NCBI RefSeq assembly: GCF_009834535.1
Contig: NC_045697.1
Location: 14,262,001 to 14,326,000, forward strand
Source of the DNA: Camelus ferus
Lineage: Eukaryota
Length of the DNA stretch: 64,000 nucleotides
Direction: 5' to 3'
Part shown: one piece after another, positions 1 through 12,640 of the stretch
How the letters are laid out: each line of letters starts with the position of its first letter
How positions within the stretch are numbered: position 1 is the stretch's first letter
Notes under the pieces: generated by a model
Told to the model about the DNA's origin: nothing
What the model saw: the letters and a program-made list of their open reading frames with translations, nothing else
Database searches by the model: none
Program-made: the position numbers and the translations under genes

Positions 1-345
1 GTGTTTTCATTTTCTTTGGACATACACCCAGCAGTGCAATTGCTAGCTCATATGGCAGTTCTACTGTTGGCTTTTTGAGGAACCTCCGTACTATTTTCTG
101 TAAGAGCAGCACCAATTTATATGACCACCAGCAGTGTGCTAGGGCTCCCTTTTCTCCACACCCTCCCTGACATTTGGTCTTCCACGACAGCCGTTCTGAC
201 AGGTGTGAGGTGATATCTCATTGTGGGTTTGATGTGCATTTCCCAGATGATTACTGTTCGTGAACATCTTTTCATGTGGCTGTTGGCCATCTGTGTGGCA
301 TGTTTCTTCCTTGGAAAATGTCTACTCAGGTCTTCTGCCTATTTT
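1..345 (-). mobile_element. LINE-1 fragment (ORF2 3' region)
   Basis: Antisense L1 phrases: ttttgaggaacctccgtactattttc, aggtgtgaggtgatatctcattgtgg. Confidence 0.85.
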
Positions 346-572
346 TTTTTTATATTTAGTTATTTTTTTTATTGAAGAGTAGTTTATTTACAAAGTTAGT
401 TTCATGTGAACAGCGAAGTGATTCAGTTATACATATACATTTTTTTTCAGATTCTTTTCCATTGCATCTCATTACAAGGAAATAAATGTGGTTCCCTGTG
501 CTATACAGTAGGTCCTTGTTGTTTATCTATTTTATATACAGTAATGGGTATCTACTAATCCCAAACTCCTAT
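342..572 (-). mobile_element. Short 5'-truncated LINE-1 3' end with poly(A) (T-run on +)
   Basis: ttccctgtgctatacagtaggtccttgttgtttatctattttatata; same 3' UTR type as the L1 at 51500-51880. Confidence 0.8.
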
Positions 573-1424
573 TTTTTTTGGAGGCAACTGCACAGAAGGG
601 AGATTCCAAACCCAACCAGGACATGTGAGAGCATCTGCATCCAGTGCTGTGGTTACTATATTGGAACCACCTCCACTCAGTGGTTTCCTCCTGAATCATA
701 ACCCAAACCACTCTCCTGTTTTTCAGAATTCCTGGTTAGCTAAGTGGTCCCACTGACCACATAGACATCTTCTAGTCCGTTCAGTGCTTCTAATCCTAGT
801 CCCTACCACATGTGCTGTCAAGGATGACATGGTGCAGGGGTCTCTTCCTCTGTCCAGCTCTCTGGACCACAGGCCCCAAGCCACATAGGCACGCTCTCTT
901 CCTTTCCAAACCTCACCCCAAACTCTCTACTTTGCTTCACATGACAATGGTGACTCAACTCTGCCCATTTGGACTCTGTGTACGTCTTTAGCGTCTTGAT
1001 TCTTCTTCAAATTGGACCAAAATCTTCTTTCACTTCACTCTTTTGTAACTTTTTTTTTGCTTTGTTTGACAGTATTTAGAGCCAGTTATTTTTAAAAATC
1101 TTCTCAGTAACCCTTCGCCTTTTTCTATTGGGACCAGCATTGGGAAATACTTTCAATACGAAATAAGAATTAAACTGAACAGCCCATTAAGTGTGCTGCT
1201 GTGGGCTTCGTTGGTGCTTCCCACATTGGAAACCCACTGGGCATTCACACGCAGGCCAAGACCACAGTATTCAGTGACGTCTCTTCATCTTCCAAATTTT
1301 AGAAGACCCTTTTAAAAATATAACTTTTTAAAAATACCATGTGCTTTAATTGATACAGCAAAGTCTTCCCTGTCTGGATTCTCAAACTCCAATATTCTAA
1401 CAAGATGATTAATACAGACCCAGA

Positions 1425-1640
1425 AGCTGTGTGAAAGGGGCTTGAGATTCAAATCCAAGTTCCTAGCCAAGGAAGACTAAGGAAGTTTCTTCCCCGTTTT
1501 GAATCTTTGGTCAGTATCTGTAAAATGGGGATAAAAATGTCTATGTCACAGGCTCTGGGACAGATGAACGGTAAGATAAAGAAGATGGCCAGTACGATGA
1601 CTGGTATATGAAAGGTGCTTAATGAAGAGTTACGATTATT
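1425..1640 (+). mobile_element. MIR SINE
   Basis: Core tctgtaaaatggggataa; 3' gtgcttaatgaa. Confidence 0.6.
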
Positions 1641-1899
1641 TTCAGTCTTTCAGGACAGTGTGTTTTATTTTCCAGTGATGAGTCTGCCCTTTCTTCCCTT
1701 TGGACTGGGAATTTACGAGCCCAGTGTCCTGACACTGATTAGTTCATGCTGACCAAAAGCTATGATCAGCAGTTATAGACATCTGTACTTGAAATCAAGA
1801 CAATAAATTATTTGGGGGTGTAGAGTGGAGCGAATTTTTCACACGATGCAGCCCATAGGTGAAAAATGGCACAAATGAATGATGACAAGTGGATGTTAT

Positions 1900-2090
1900 T
1901 AAAGAGCTGGGGTCTTGGAGTCTCTGTCTGACCACAAGCAAGTTTTCGAACTGCTCTGAGATTTGGGTTCATCCTCTGAGAATGTTAATATATGTGCCTT
2001 CCCCAGGGTTCCTGTAAGGGTGAAAATTGAGATACTACGTCAAGTTCCTAGCACTGGGCCAAGACAGCAGGTGCCCCGCAAATGATCACT
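1900..2090 (+). mobile_element. MIR SINE
   Basis: tgaccacaagcaagttttcgaactgctctgag...cctagcactgggcc. Confidence 0.5.
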
Positions 2091-3519
2091 TTCAACTCTT
2101 CCTTTGTGGCAACATGGTAAGAACCACTGTTTTATCCCCACATCCGCTCACCAACGCACGCACGGCTGGGAAGGCGTTTTATTCCTGAGAATGACAGCAC
2201 CGTACATCATTACTAGCAGGTGATCAGGTTAGACTGCAGCCCTGAGACTAGGAGATTCAGGGCCTGATCGCATACATCTAATTAATCTCACAGCTACATC
2301 TTCATTCCCTCAACAGGAGACCACTCTCAAAATTCCCTCAGAAAACATATTTCATTTTTTTCTCTCACCATATTTTTTAACTTCCAAAATGGACTTTGTC
2401 TAGCTGAGTTTATCCCGACAACCCCCACTGGCCACTACCTTGCCTCTTATCCTGATGGGTTCCCTAAGTTGTCGTGAAGCGTTTTTTATGTGTCCATCAG
2501 CCTCCAAAATCTCCCCTCTCTGTCCTTGAGAGAAAAGTGCTTCTCAGAGCTGGGGGAGGAACTCGCTGGGGAAAAGCCTCAGAATAATCCTGGCTGAATT
2601 TGGCATTTGATTCAATCTTTGATCTAAGACGCAGGAGTCAGCCAGACCAAAGTCAGCTTGTATCTAGGCTTGCTTGAGTGAAGTGGAGGGACTTCATGGT
2701 TAATTGATTAAAACGTTCCATAGAAGGTGCAAGATCAAAGGGCCACTTGCTGATTTTATATCTCTCCGGGGTCCTGCAGGCCATGCCGGTGACACAGATG
2801 ACCTTGAGCGTGAAAGTATTCAAAGACTGGTGTTTGTTTGTTTTATTCCAAAATGAGAATTGTGCTTCCCAGGACTGCCTGGTGGCAGGCTGCATTGTGG
2901 GCTCCCCGTGGCCCCAGTCTGTGTTTAACGGGGGGCTTCAACTGGAACAGCAACCACAGACAAGAGGGCATGACCTTGTCATGTTGCCACCAGCACCTCT
3001 GTCTGCCAAACCCCAAGGAAACAGACTCCATTATGTTACTGGAAGGCAAAGACCACAGTCTTCTCTCTCTCTCCTTTTTTTTTTTTTTCTTGTTTCCAGT
3101 AAGCGTCAAGGAGAGGTTCACAAAGTACAGGGTCAGTCCCTGGAGCCGAGCCGAAAGGGAGACCAGAAAACTTCCCATTGTCCCAACTGTCCTGATAGGA
3201 GGAGCAAGAATCTGTGGGGCAGACATTTTTATAAAGGTCCTCCAGTTACAGGAAAAGTTGTGGGAGACGGATGAGAAACATCGTCAGCTATCTTTGGTGA
3301 CACGGAGCCTGAGCAGTGAAGGAGCTTCGTTTATCAAGGAGCTGCTCCTTGCCAGGCACCAGCACGTTCCTTGCAGTCTCACGTGTCCTGCTTCACAAAT
3401 AGACATGTTTGAGGCCTCTTTGTGGAGGTGACGCCCCCGAGATCGCACAGTGGGAGCTGAGACTTGAACCCATGTTGGTCCGGCTCTGAAGTCCACAGCC
3501 CCTCAACCAGCCCATGAGG

Positions 3520-3875
3520 GTGTAAACTGTGTCCATGCAAGATTCAAATGGTGGAGCCTTAACCTCAGAATGTGACTGTACTCGGGGATGGGGTCTTTAA
3601 AGGAGGAATTGAGTTCAAATGAATTCATGTGGGTGGGCCCTAAATGAATATGGCTGGGGTCCTGATAGACAGGGGAAGTTGGGACACAGACTGTTACAGA
3701 AGGAGGACCATGTGAAGACACGAGGGGAAGACAATCATCAACAAGCCAAGGAGAAAGGCCTCAGAAGAAACCAGACCTGCAGACATCTTGACCTTGGAAC
3801 TGCGAGAAAGTGTATTTTTGTGATTTAACCCCCCAGGCTGGGACTTTGTTATGGTGGTTCTAGCAAATTAGTACA
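3520..3875 (+). mobile_element. MaLR solo LTR (MLT1B-like)
   Basis: aacctcagaatgtgactgta...gggccctaaat...aagccaaggagaaaggcctcagaagaaacc...ctagcaaattagtaca. Confidence 0.75.
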
Positions 3876-5497
3876 TGTTCCTAGACTTTGTCTGATTTCC
3901 CGTAGGAACAACCCAGGGAGGCAGGTGCTGGAGACACACCCCTCCAGGCGGCTCTGTGTAAGAGATGGGCAATGACATTATGGGGGTTGCTGTTTTTTAA
4001 GGTACTTTAGTGTAAGTCCTGCTGAAAGAACATTGGTTCTTGTGTGCTGAAGTTCCCATCATAGTACAGAAGGTAATAAGTGAAGATTTTTACATCCTCT
4101 GAGAAGCTTCCCATAACCCTACACCTCCAGAACAGTTTCAATGAATCTATTTTTTGGTACCAAAGACCTGGTGCATGCCTCCTTCTTAACGTTTAGCATC
4201 CTCCTCTGTAACTCTGCATCCTACACTGCAAATGCCTTGAGATCTTGAATTTGTCTTATTCAACTTTATGTTGTCAAGACCAAGGAAAAGGCTTTATTCA
4301 GGATAGTGGAATGAATCAAGTAAGACAGACAGACACACCTCAAGGAGGCCACCCTCCACTATGATTACCTTGGCAGGTACTGCGATCTAGAGACTCCTGG
4401 AGTCAGGAACAGAGACAGAAAAGAGGGACTCACGTTCAAAAATGAAAGTGCAGGTGGCCTTTTGAGCTGGTTGGGTGGAATGCTGATGCGGGTACTGGAG
4501 GAGGACTAGGAGACCCCGCCAAACGGGAAAGTTGTGGGCTTGCTTTTTCTACAGCCACAACCCAACTTGTCCCACTTTTCTAAAAACTACAGCATCTTGT
4601 GTTTTGTCTTCATAAAAAATTACCCTGTTGTGTTTTATGACTCTTAAAGATCAGAGTCACAAGCTCTGAATAGCTGTCTGAGGAAGGAGCAGGGCTGTCG
4701 GCTAACTAAGGGATGTCATTAGATGGATGGTCAGTAAATCTATGCGTGAGATCATGGCATAGCTCTTCAGACACTGTTCTTTCTTATTCAGCTCTCTTCC
4801 CTTAGTCACTCAAACCGGAACTTTTGGACTGTGCACTGGAAGGGTGCTTTCTTCTGTATTTTCCCGGAACCCGCCAAGGAAGGGAATGTACAGGTTTGCA
4901 GTGCTCCTTTCATGCTGGGCTCAACCCAGTGCATTGTAGCTCATCCTTCTTTGTTAGTAGAAAGACAACTGGGACATGGTGTACTATCGATGAGACATCA
5001 CAAGTACCATCCACCCGCCCCTGCATCTAGCCATCAACAAACGTTCATTGCGCATGTACTGTTGGCTCAGCTGGGCACCATGCTAAGCAACAGGGCAAAC
5101 ACCAAGGAGTAAAGTCCAACAGATCTAGAACCCAAGGAGCAAACAAGCCAGTGGTGGAGACCTGAATTATAAATAGTAATGTGGAGCTTCGACAGCAATG
5201 AAATATCAGAAACATAAATCTCTAGATGCAGCTTAGGATTCTGCGCCAAGTAAGTGACATAGATAAGACAAGGAAAAAATATTTCACGATAGGATTAGGT
5301 TTAAAGCTGCTGCCTGAGGATATGTCTGTATGAATGAGCAGAAGGGACATTTTCAGCTGGGATAATAGGGTGAATACAGGATAAAAGGAGAAATGTGCAT
5401 ACTGAGTAAGGGAGATCACTAACAGTCCTGTCAAGAAAGGAAGATGCTCAGATCCAGGAGTGGAGGAAGATGAGATGGAGGGGAAAGAAAAAAACAG

Positions 5498-5928
5498 TGT
5501 AGTGAATTGAACAGTATTCCTCCACAATTCACGTGCACCCAGAATTCAGAATGTAACCTTGTTGAGAAGGAGAATCTCTGCAGACTTAATTAGCTAAAAT
5601 AAGGACATAGTGGACTAGGGTGGACCTTTAATCCAATGAGTGGTGACCTTATACAAAGAAGAGAGGACGTACAGAGAGACATAGATAAATAGGCCATGTA
5701 AAGATGGAGGCAGAGGTGGGGTGATGGGTCTGCAAGACCAGGAAGGCCAAAGATTGATGGGACCCACCAGAAGGTAGGAAGAGGAAAGAAGATTTTCTTC
5801 TTTAGAGCCTTCAGAAGGATCATGGCCCTCCTGACAACTTGATTATGTCTCCAGAACTGTGACGGAATAACTTCTTATTCTAAGTCACCAGTTTGAGGTA
5901 GTTTATTACGGAAACTCAGAAACCAGTA
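5498..5928 (+). mobile_element. MaLR solo LTR (MLT1C-like)
   Basis: cagaatgtaaccttg...taatccaatgagtggtgaccttata...catggccctcctgacaacttgatt...ccagaactgtga. Confidence 0.75.
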
Positions 5929-5939
5929 TTGCTAGGTTA

Positions 5940-6200
5940 ACACAGATTAAGATTCACACTCTGGAGTCAAGCACACCTGGGTCATATCTCAGCTCTGCAG
6001 TTCCCTAGCTTGGAGACTCTGAACACGTTAATTTTAATTCTTCAAACTTTAATTCCTTAGCTGTAATATTGATAAAAAAAATAATACCTACTACGACATA
6101 TGGCTTCTGTGAGAATTAAATGAGATAAAATATGCCATGTGTTTAACATGGCAACTGAAACAGAGTAAGCACCCAAACCATGTCTCTTATGATCACTACT
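5940..6200 (+). mobile_element. MIR SINE
   Basis: actctggagtcaagcacacctggg...gtgagaattaaatgagataa. Confidence 0.7.
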
Positions 6201-6303
6201 ATCATTCATTATTTTTAATAAAAGTGCTCTCAATATTCAAAGGACTGTGATAGATGATGCAGGCAATATGAAAATTAACAAGAAAGTTTTGCTCTTAAAT
6301 CAC

Positions 6304-6697
6304 TGTCTGTCAGCTCAGGCTACTATAACAAAAACACCATTGACTGGATGGCTTAAACCACAGACATTTATTTCTCATAGTTCTGGAGCCTGGAAATCCA
6401 GGATCAAGGTGCCAGAAGATCTGGTCCACGATGAGGGCTCATTTCCTGGCTTGTAGACAGCCACCTTCTCGCTGTGCACTCTCACGGCTATTCCTCTCTG
6501 CATGCCTGTTGAGAGAAAGAGAGTTCTTGTTCTTCTTATTTTTATAAAGGCACTAATCCCCATCATGAGGAAACCCCATCTACATAACCTTATCTAATCC
6601 TAATTACCACCCAGAGGCCCCGCATGCAAATACTATCACATTGGGGGTTAGAGCTTCAATACGGGAATTTGGAGGGACACAAACATTCAGCCCATAA
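6304..6697 (-). mobile_element. MaLR solo LTR (MLT1A-like)
   Basis: cagacatttatttctcatagttctggagcctggaaatccaggatcaaggtgcc...ggagggacacaaacattcag. Confidence 0.8.
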
Positions 6698-6715
6698 GAG
6701 TTTCCAAAACTAGAA

Positions 6716-6885
6716 GGGAGAGTATAGCTCAGGGGTAGAGTATGTGCTTAGCATGCACAAGGTCCTGGGTTCAATCCCTAGTACCTCCACTAAAATGAAT
6801 GAATGAATGAATGAATGAATGAATAAATAAATAAATAAACTAACCTAATTACCTCCCCAACCCCAAACCCCCAAAACAACACAAA
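6716..6885 (+). mobile_element. tRNA-derived SINE, camelid vic-1-like, with (GAAT)n/(AAAT)n tail and target-site duplication
   Basis: gggagagtatagctcaggggtagag (A box)...gggttcaatccc (B box); flanks aagagtttccaaaact 6696-6711 and aagaattaccaaaact 6886-6901. Confidence 0.8.
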
Positions 6886-7929
6886 AAGAATTACCAAAAC
6901 TGAAAAGAATTTTATCATCTACATCCATCTAAAGAGAAAACTGCAATATACTGTCATCTATTGATCTTTTACTATAAATGTTAGACTTTCTAAAATAGAA
7001 CACACAAAACTATATTCCCCTTTTCCAACATTTCCACTTGCACTTTGTGTTGGAGGCAGCTGCGGTGGTATGTAGACACACCAGAGACCTCCTGTCTTGG
7101 GAAAAGCAGGATTATTTGGCTGTAAGACTAGTGATACTGGCAAGGAGGGAGTCAGCTGAGACCTAGCAGAATATAGCAGTTGGAAAAAAAAAAAAGTTTG
7201 GCAGGCCAGCCATACCCATACCAGCTTAAATATTGATCAGCATCCTGGAATAGCGGTTCTGTCCTTTCCAGACTGTGCCTTTGTGGGCAAAATCGTAAAG
7301 TGAACATTTTAACAAGTGGTTACAAAACTGAATTTTCAAATCTGTTAAGTCATTGCCTCCTCCCAACCGGGAGAGACTGGGAGGCAGCTCTCCTGTCAAA
7401 AGCTTGCTGGTGAATTCCTTGGGGCTGATCTTCCAGCTCGCAGAGTTATTCATCATTTTAGCGAGCATCCTCGCAGGGGCCCCTGGTGATTTACATGCTC
7501 CAGATAAATTATGATGCCTTTCATGATGTTATCATCATTTCAGCTCATGGATTCCAACACTTTCTGGGAGAGGACTTTTTCACCCTTTCTTAAATGATGA
7601 ACAGCTCCCAGACAGATTATATTGTAGTTGTCAAGTTAAAAGATATAGGTATGTTTTCTTAAAGATAAACAATTCGGCCACCACAGCTAGTCGGCCCAGC
7701 AACAGAAAAACATTGTCCGCTGAGAGTTCACTGTTTATCCCACCTGGAAAAGATCATCATACTTGCCTGGTCTTTTATTCCTATTCTATTTACTGATTTT
7801 CTCCTGTAGTTTCACCAGGCTATTCCATCTCTAACAGGGGATAACCTAAATAAAGCTAAAAGTCTGCTTCTGGATTCCAGTAAATCTCCAAGGAGCCAAT
7901 GCTCAGCTTTGACCTCATTTGACCTTGAG

Positions 7930-8420
7930 TGGACTGGGCTTTGCATTCTGCCCTGCCCACAGACCAGGTGAACATGTTATGTTTTATGGCAAGGGGGAAT
8001 TCAGGTTGTAGATAAATGTGAGTTTGCCAGTCAGCTGACACTGAAATGGGAAGAAGGTCTTGGATTATCCAGGTGGGCCCAATGTAATTCCAAGGGTCCT
8101 TAAAAACGGAAGAAGGAGGCAGGATTCTCTGCTTAGAGTGATGTCGCAGGAGAGCGATCTGACTGGCCAGTGCTGACTTTGAAGAGGGATATGGCAGCCA
8201 TAAGCCAAGGAAAGCCAGTGGCCTCTAGAAGCTAGAAAAGGCAAGAAAATGTTTTCTTTCCTCAAGCCTTCAGAAGGAAACGCAGCTCTGCCAACACCTT
8301 GATTGTAGTCCAGCGGGACACACGTGGACTTCCAACCTCCAGAACTGTGAGATAAGAAATTTGTGTTGTTTTACACCTCTGTTCCAGATAATTTTAAAGC
8401 ATCAATAGGAAAATACTAAA
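7930..8420 (+). mobile_element. MaLR solo LTR (MLT1D/E-like)
   Basis: ggattatccaggtgggcccaatgtaat...gcctctagaagctagaaaaggcaag...ccagaactgtgagataagaaatttgtgttgtttta. Confidence 0.75.
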
Positions 8421-10267
8421 AGGAGACACGTTTTAATTGTCCTCCACTTTGCACACCCAGCCCAGTGCTGGCACACAGCAGCTCCTTAATAAATGCTGGG
8501 TGAATGAATAATGTCCAGATGTCACAAAGCAAACGTCCTCTCTTTCAAAGTCACTGATCCCTCTGGGGTGCCCTTAGTTCCTCTCTAAGATTGCTTCTAG
8601 TTCCCCTTTCATGGGTGCACTAGTTGGGGCCCATTCCTTGGGCTACAGTGAGCCAATCTGCTCCCTTTGACAGCCCAGCCGCTGCCCGTGGATTTTCTTA
8701 GATGATCCATCATTACTTCAAAGGGAAGCGTCAATGCCTTTCTCACTTCTGTGGCTTCATCCCTACTCTTTTCTTCACATAGGTGCTCAAACCTCTTAAA
8801 ACACCCGGAGTCTCCCAGCGCACAACTTACTTCATGCCTTCGTGATGCAGGTGCTGTTTTTTTGTTTTGTCTTGTTTCGTTTTGTTGTGTTTTGTTTTTG
8901 TGATAAGTATATCCTTGTTCTCTTGGTTCAGGTGACAAACTCATATTTGTCCTTCCAAAATTACATCGTACAGTCCCTCCAGGAGATTTCTCTGACCCCT
9001 TAGATAGAAGTATTTGAATCTTCCTGTGGGCTCTGCTTTTAAACTTCTTCACTAAAGCTACTGATGCACTTGGTTTTTACTGTAAAACTTGGCCTCCTCC
9101 TTTATTTTCCCTTCATTTTGGTGTCGACGACCTCATGTTCAGCACCAGCGTCTTTCACACCTTGAAAGTAGGCTTTCAGTCACTACGCAAGGAGTTAATG
9201 AACATGCTGTAGTTAGAAATTTAACCTTTGAAACTTTAAAGTAAGAAGATATTTACATCTATATTATGAAGAATAGACAGAATTTTCATCCAGGAGAGAA
9301 GAAACTTCTATTATTGTGTCCTCAGATTTAGGAAGGCAGACCATTTAACTTTATTTTTTTAATAGTATATTTTTTTCACAAATACAAACACCAGTGTATT
9401 ATTACAAGGAATTCTGTTTAAGTATTTTGGGTTGTGAAGTTGGTGCTGAGTTACTTAGTGTATGGTATTCAATTCAGAGCAGACGTTTTATATGATGAAG
9501 ATTTTGTAGTGTGTGTTCTCAGTGTAAAGAAAAGTCAGAGGAGAAACAAAAGGATTCCTAAAGCTAGTAAATTGTGTCTAATGGAATCTATTAAAATTAT
9601 TGGCTTGTAAGATGGCAGGTTCTGAGAAAAACATTACCTCTATAACTTTCATTTTTTTCTCCTCTGTTGAAATCTCTTTGAAATGAGCATGGGTTGAGAG
9701 GAGGAGGTTAAGGTCAAGTTTACGTAACTGAATCAAGTGCCTTGATGATTATTTTGGCTGTCCTCATGATTGATTTCTCTGTGTCATTCAGAATTAATCA
9801 GGAGAAAATGCAGGTAATCAGATCAGCTGAGCCTGAGTCTGGTTCGATGACCATATGTGACATGGCTAAGGACTTATTTTCTTCACACGCCATGTCCACT
9901 GATCGTCAACCAAGAGGGGAATCACTGAGTTTTCCCCACGGAGTTGTGATTAAGGAGGGAGAGAAGGACTGAGTTTTACTTGCATTCGAGCATAAAGGAA
10001 ACAGCAAATGTGTACTTTACAAATGGTCATTATCACTGAACCTGGTTTCGGGACATTGTGGGTCCATAATTTGAAACTGGAGTTCATGACTGCATTATTT
10101 TCAATGATGTGAATAGTCCTATGGATTTTAGTTATTTTATGAGCATCTCTTCATTAGAAGAAGAGTCCGTGAATCACATAAAAAGAAAGTATTCTTACTC
10201 ATGTCACTTAAAATGAATTCTGTATTAGAGGAGCTTACAAAGATGTAGGTCCTTGGCAGACAAGCAC

Positions 10268-10442
10268 TAAGATTGTCAGATTAGCAAATGAAAACACAGG
10301 ACATCCAGTTGAATTTGCATTTTCTATAAATCACAAAAATGTTAGTACAAGTCTGTCTCACATATTACATGGGACATACTTGCGTTAAAAAAATGGCTGT
10401 TTATCTGATATCTAACTGAATATCTATTTTATCTGGCAGGCT
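10268..10442. mobile_element. MER53-like hAT MITE
   Basis: Imperfect palindrome: ttgtcagattagcaaatgaaaacacaggacatccagtt...catgggacatactt...tttatctggca. Confidence 0.7.
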
Positions 10443-11438
10443 TCACAGGTACTCTCTGGAATAAGCTGTCTTTAATGGCTTTAAGCAACTACAATTTTTG
10501 CAGCATGTATATGAATCCAACTAAATGTCTTTTTAATGACCGTCTTTAATTATCAGATTAGTGGAGTTATAATTGAAAGGATGATAAATAAGGATGAAGG
10601 CTCAAACGTGTTTACTAAAAAGTTAGTCAGTCTAGTTTGGAAAGAGGATGTCACAAAGTAATGACTCTGGGAATTGCGCTGGGAAATGTATGACAGTCTC
10701 ATTGTATTTGTATTTCATTTGATATATGAGATGGGATTACTGCCACGCACGGAGAAGAAAAATATACCTCTTGGATATTGGGGTAGCTAAGATGATAGAA
10801 TAAACTTGTTCAAGGAAGTGTGGGAGCAGAGGAAGCGGCTTAGGTTTGGAGTTCATCAGAATAGCAATTACCCAAGTGGGTCAGTTTTTTTTTTTTTAAG
10901 CAAATAGATTTTGATAATTGAAGTCTAGGAGGAAACCACCTGGTTTATCCAAATGACCTTCAAAGTGCAAATACCCAAGTGATTTATGTCATTTTTAAAC
11001 TCTCTGTCTCCAGTTAATGGCTACTCTCTGGATTATTTGGGGAAAAAACAGCTGGCTCTTGTAATTATTATTACGGGATTTGAATCGATATGAAGAACAT
11101 GCTCTGTTCTTTTAAACATTTCTTATGCACCTTCATAAACAGCCTGCTGCCCCATCGCAGCCCTCCAGCTATCACATCACTACCCCCTTTTTAATCGTAG
11201 GCACTGTATCTATAACTAAAAAGTGCCCAGCCAAAGAGCCAGTCATGGGAATATCCTGTCTGCAGAATTTGAGATACCATTAAAAAAAATCTTTGGCCAA
11301 GATCAAGCAAATTGTATCTTTTTTTCATTGTGAATATTTGGCCTTGTATAGATGAAGAAATAAATTCGCAAGACTAAAAGTTGCCTTAAAAGGTTAGCTA
11401 AGGAATCCCTTGCTTCTAAACAGGTTAAAAGCCTAAAC

Positions 11439-11647
11439 CAGGGTTTCTAAACAGCAACACCAATGACATTCCGGACCTGATAATTGTTTGTTTTGGGGCA
11501 TTGTCTTGCACATTGTCCAGTGTGTAGTAGCATCCTTGGCCTCTGCCCCCTGTATGCCAGAAGGCCCTTCACCTGCCAGTCGTGACAACCTGAAAGGTCT
11601 CCAGACATTGCCAGATGTCCCTTGGAGAGGATAGTTTAGAAACACTG
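11439..11647. mobile_element. MER20 hAT-Charlie element
   Basis: TIRs cagggtttctaaac / gtttagaaacactg; internal agcatccttggcctc...gtctccagacattgccagatgtccc. Confidence 0.85.
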
Positions 11648-11804
11648 ACCTAAACGTTCCAATATTGCTAGTTTTATTCTGTACCAATTAGCATGAGGGG
11701 TGGCAGTAAAAGCCGAGTTTGGTCTAGGAAATGTTGGTAGAGTGAAAGGTGTGGGAATGCGATAGGGTTAGGGGGTAGGAGGGAAGGGTAACCGCCACAG
11801 CTAC

Positions 11805-12010
11805 ATCATTCATTCATGCATCCAGCATCCTTCATTCATTTATTTGTTCATTCAACAAATGTGCATTGAGGGCATTCTAAGCAGAAGGCAGTTCCAAGGG
11901 CTGGGGATTCAGCAGGAAAGCAAATACAAATTCCATGCCCTGAAGGAGCTTCTGTTCAAATGGAATGCAGGGGACAGTGAACAAGAAGATCGCTCATGTA
12001 TCAGGAGTTA
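11805..12010 (-). mobile_element. LINE-2 3' end
   Basis: cattcattcatttatttgttcattcaacaaatgtgcattgag...ggggattcagcag...gccctgaaggagctt. Confidence 0.75.
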
Positions 12011-12029
12011 ATAAGTGATGGGCGAGGAT

Positions 12030-12640
12030 GTTAGTCTGCTTCGGGTTAGAAAACAGGAAACACCAGCAGTTGTAACTGTATATCCTGTAGGGAACGGGTT
12101 GACAAGGTATCAGAGGACAACAAAAGCTACAAGAGTGAAAAGAGGACACATGTTACACAGAGATAGAATTTTAGGAAGCTGCTGCTATCCCGAGGGCTCG
12201 GGGAACAAAGGGAACAGGTTACAGTGACTAGAACCTGGAGACTTAGAAAAGATGTTGGTGGATGTGGATCCAGGCCACTGAGGAAGTGGCCCTACTGGCT
12301 GTGGCTGATACCTGTGGGGCTGGGATTAAGTTTGGGGGAACTAGGGGTGACCGGCCCACTGGGGATAGTATCTCTGAGGGATGTGTTAAGTATGCTTCTG
12401 AAAATATGGAACAAGTCTGTTCAGTGAAACCAGCTGCTAAGCTGTCCTGACACTGACGGAAACAGCGAGCCAACAGCAAGGGGCAAGTGGCCGCCTTACT
12501 TGGGACGCGCTCTTTCTCTCTAGCGCCACCTATTGGCAGACTGTAAAAAGGAGCCAGCGCAGGGAAAGCAGTCCGCAGAGACCCAGCCCCTGCACCGCAG
12601 AGGAGGGTGTGGAAGGGAAGGCTGAGGCTGGGTCAGAGCC
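12030..12640. mobile_element. Old ERVL-class LTR (LTR33/LTR41-like) carrying a CTCF motif
   Basis: Resembles remembered LTR33/41 sequence (cctattggcaga...ggagccagc...gcagcccc); family assignment is uncertain. Confidence 0.4.
12522..12538 (-). promoter_or_regulatory. CTCF core motif
   Basis: AGCGCCACCTATTGGCA vs reverse consensus GCGCCACCTAGTGG. Confidence 0.6.

Noticed and set aside
2747..3431. Overlapping 175-aa, 197-aa and 127-aa ORFs
   Set aside because: No recognisable protein, they cross a T-run/CT tract, have no promoter or exon context, and are open in several frames as expected by chance
6716..6790. tRNA-like sequence as a real tRNA gene
   Set aside because: Followed by a simple-repeat tail and flanked by a TSD, so it is a SINE head
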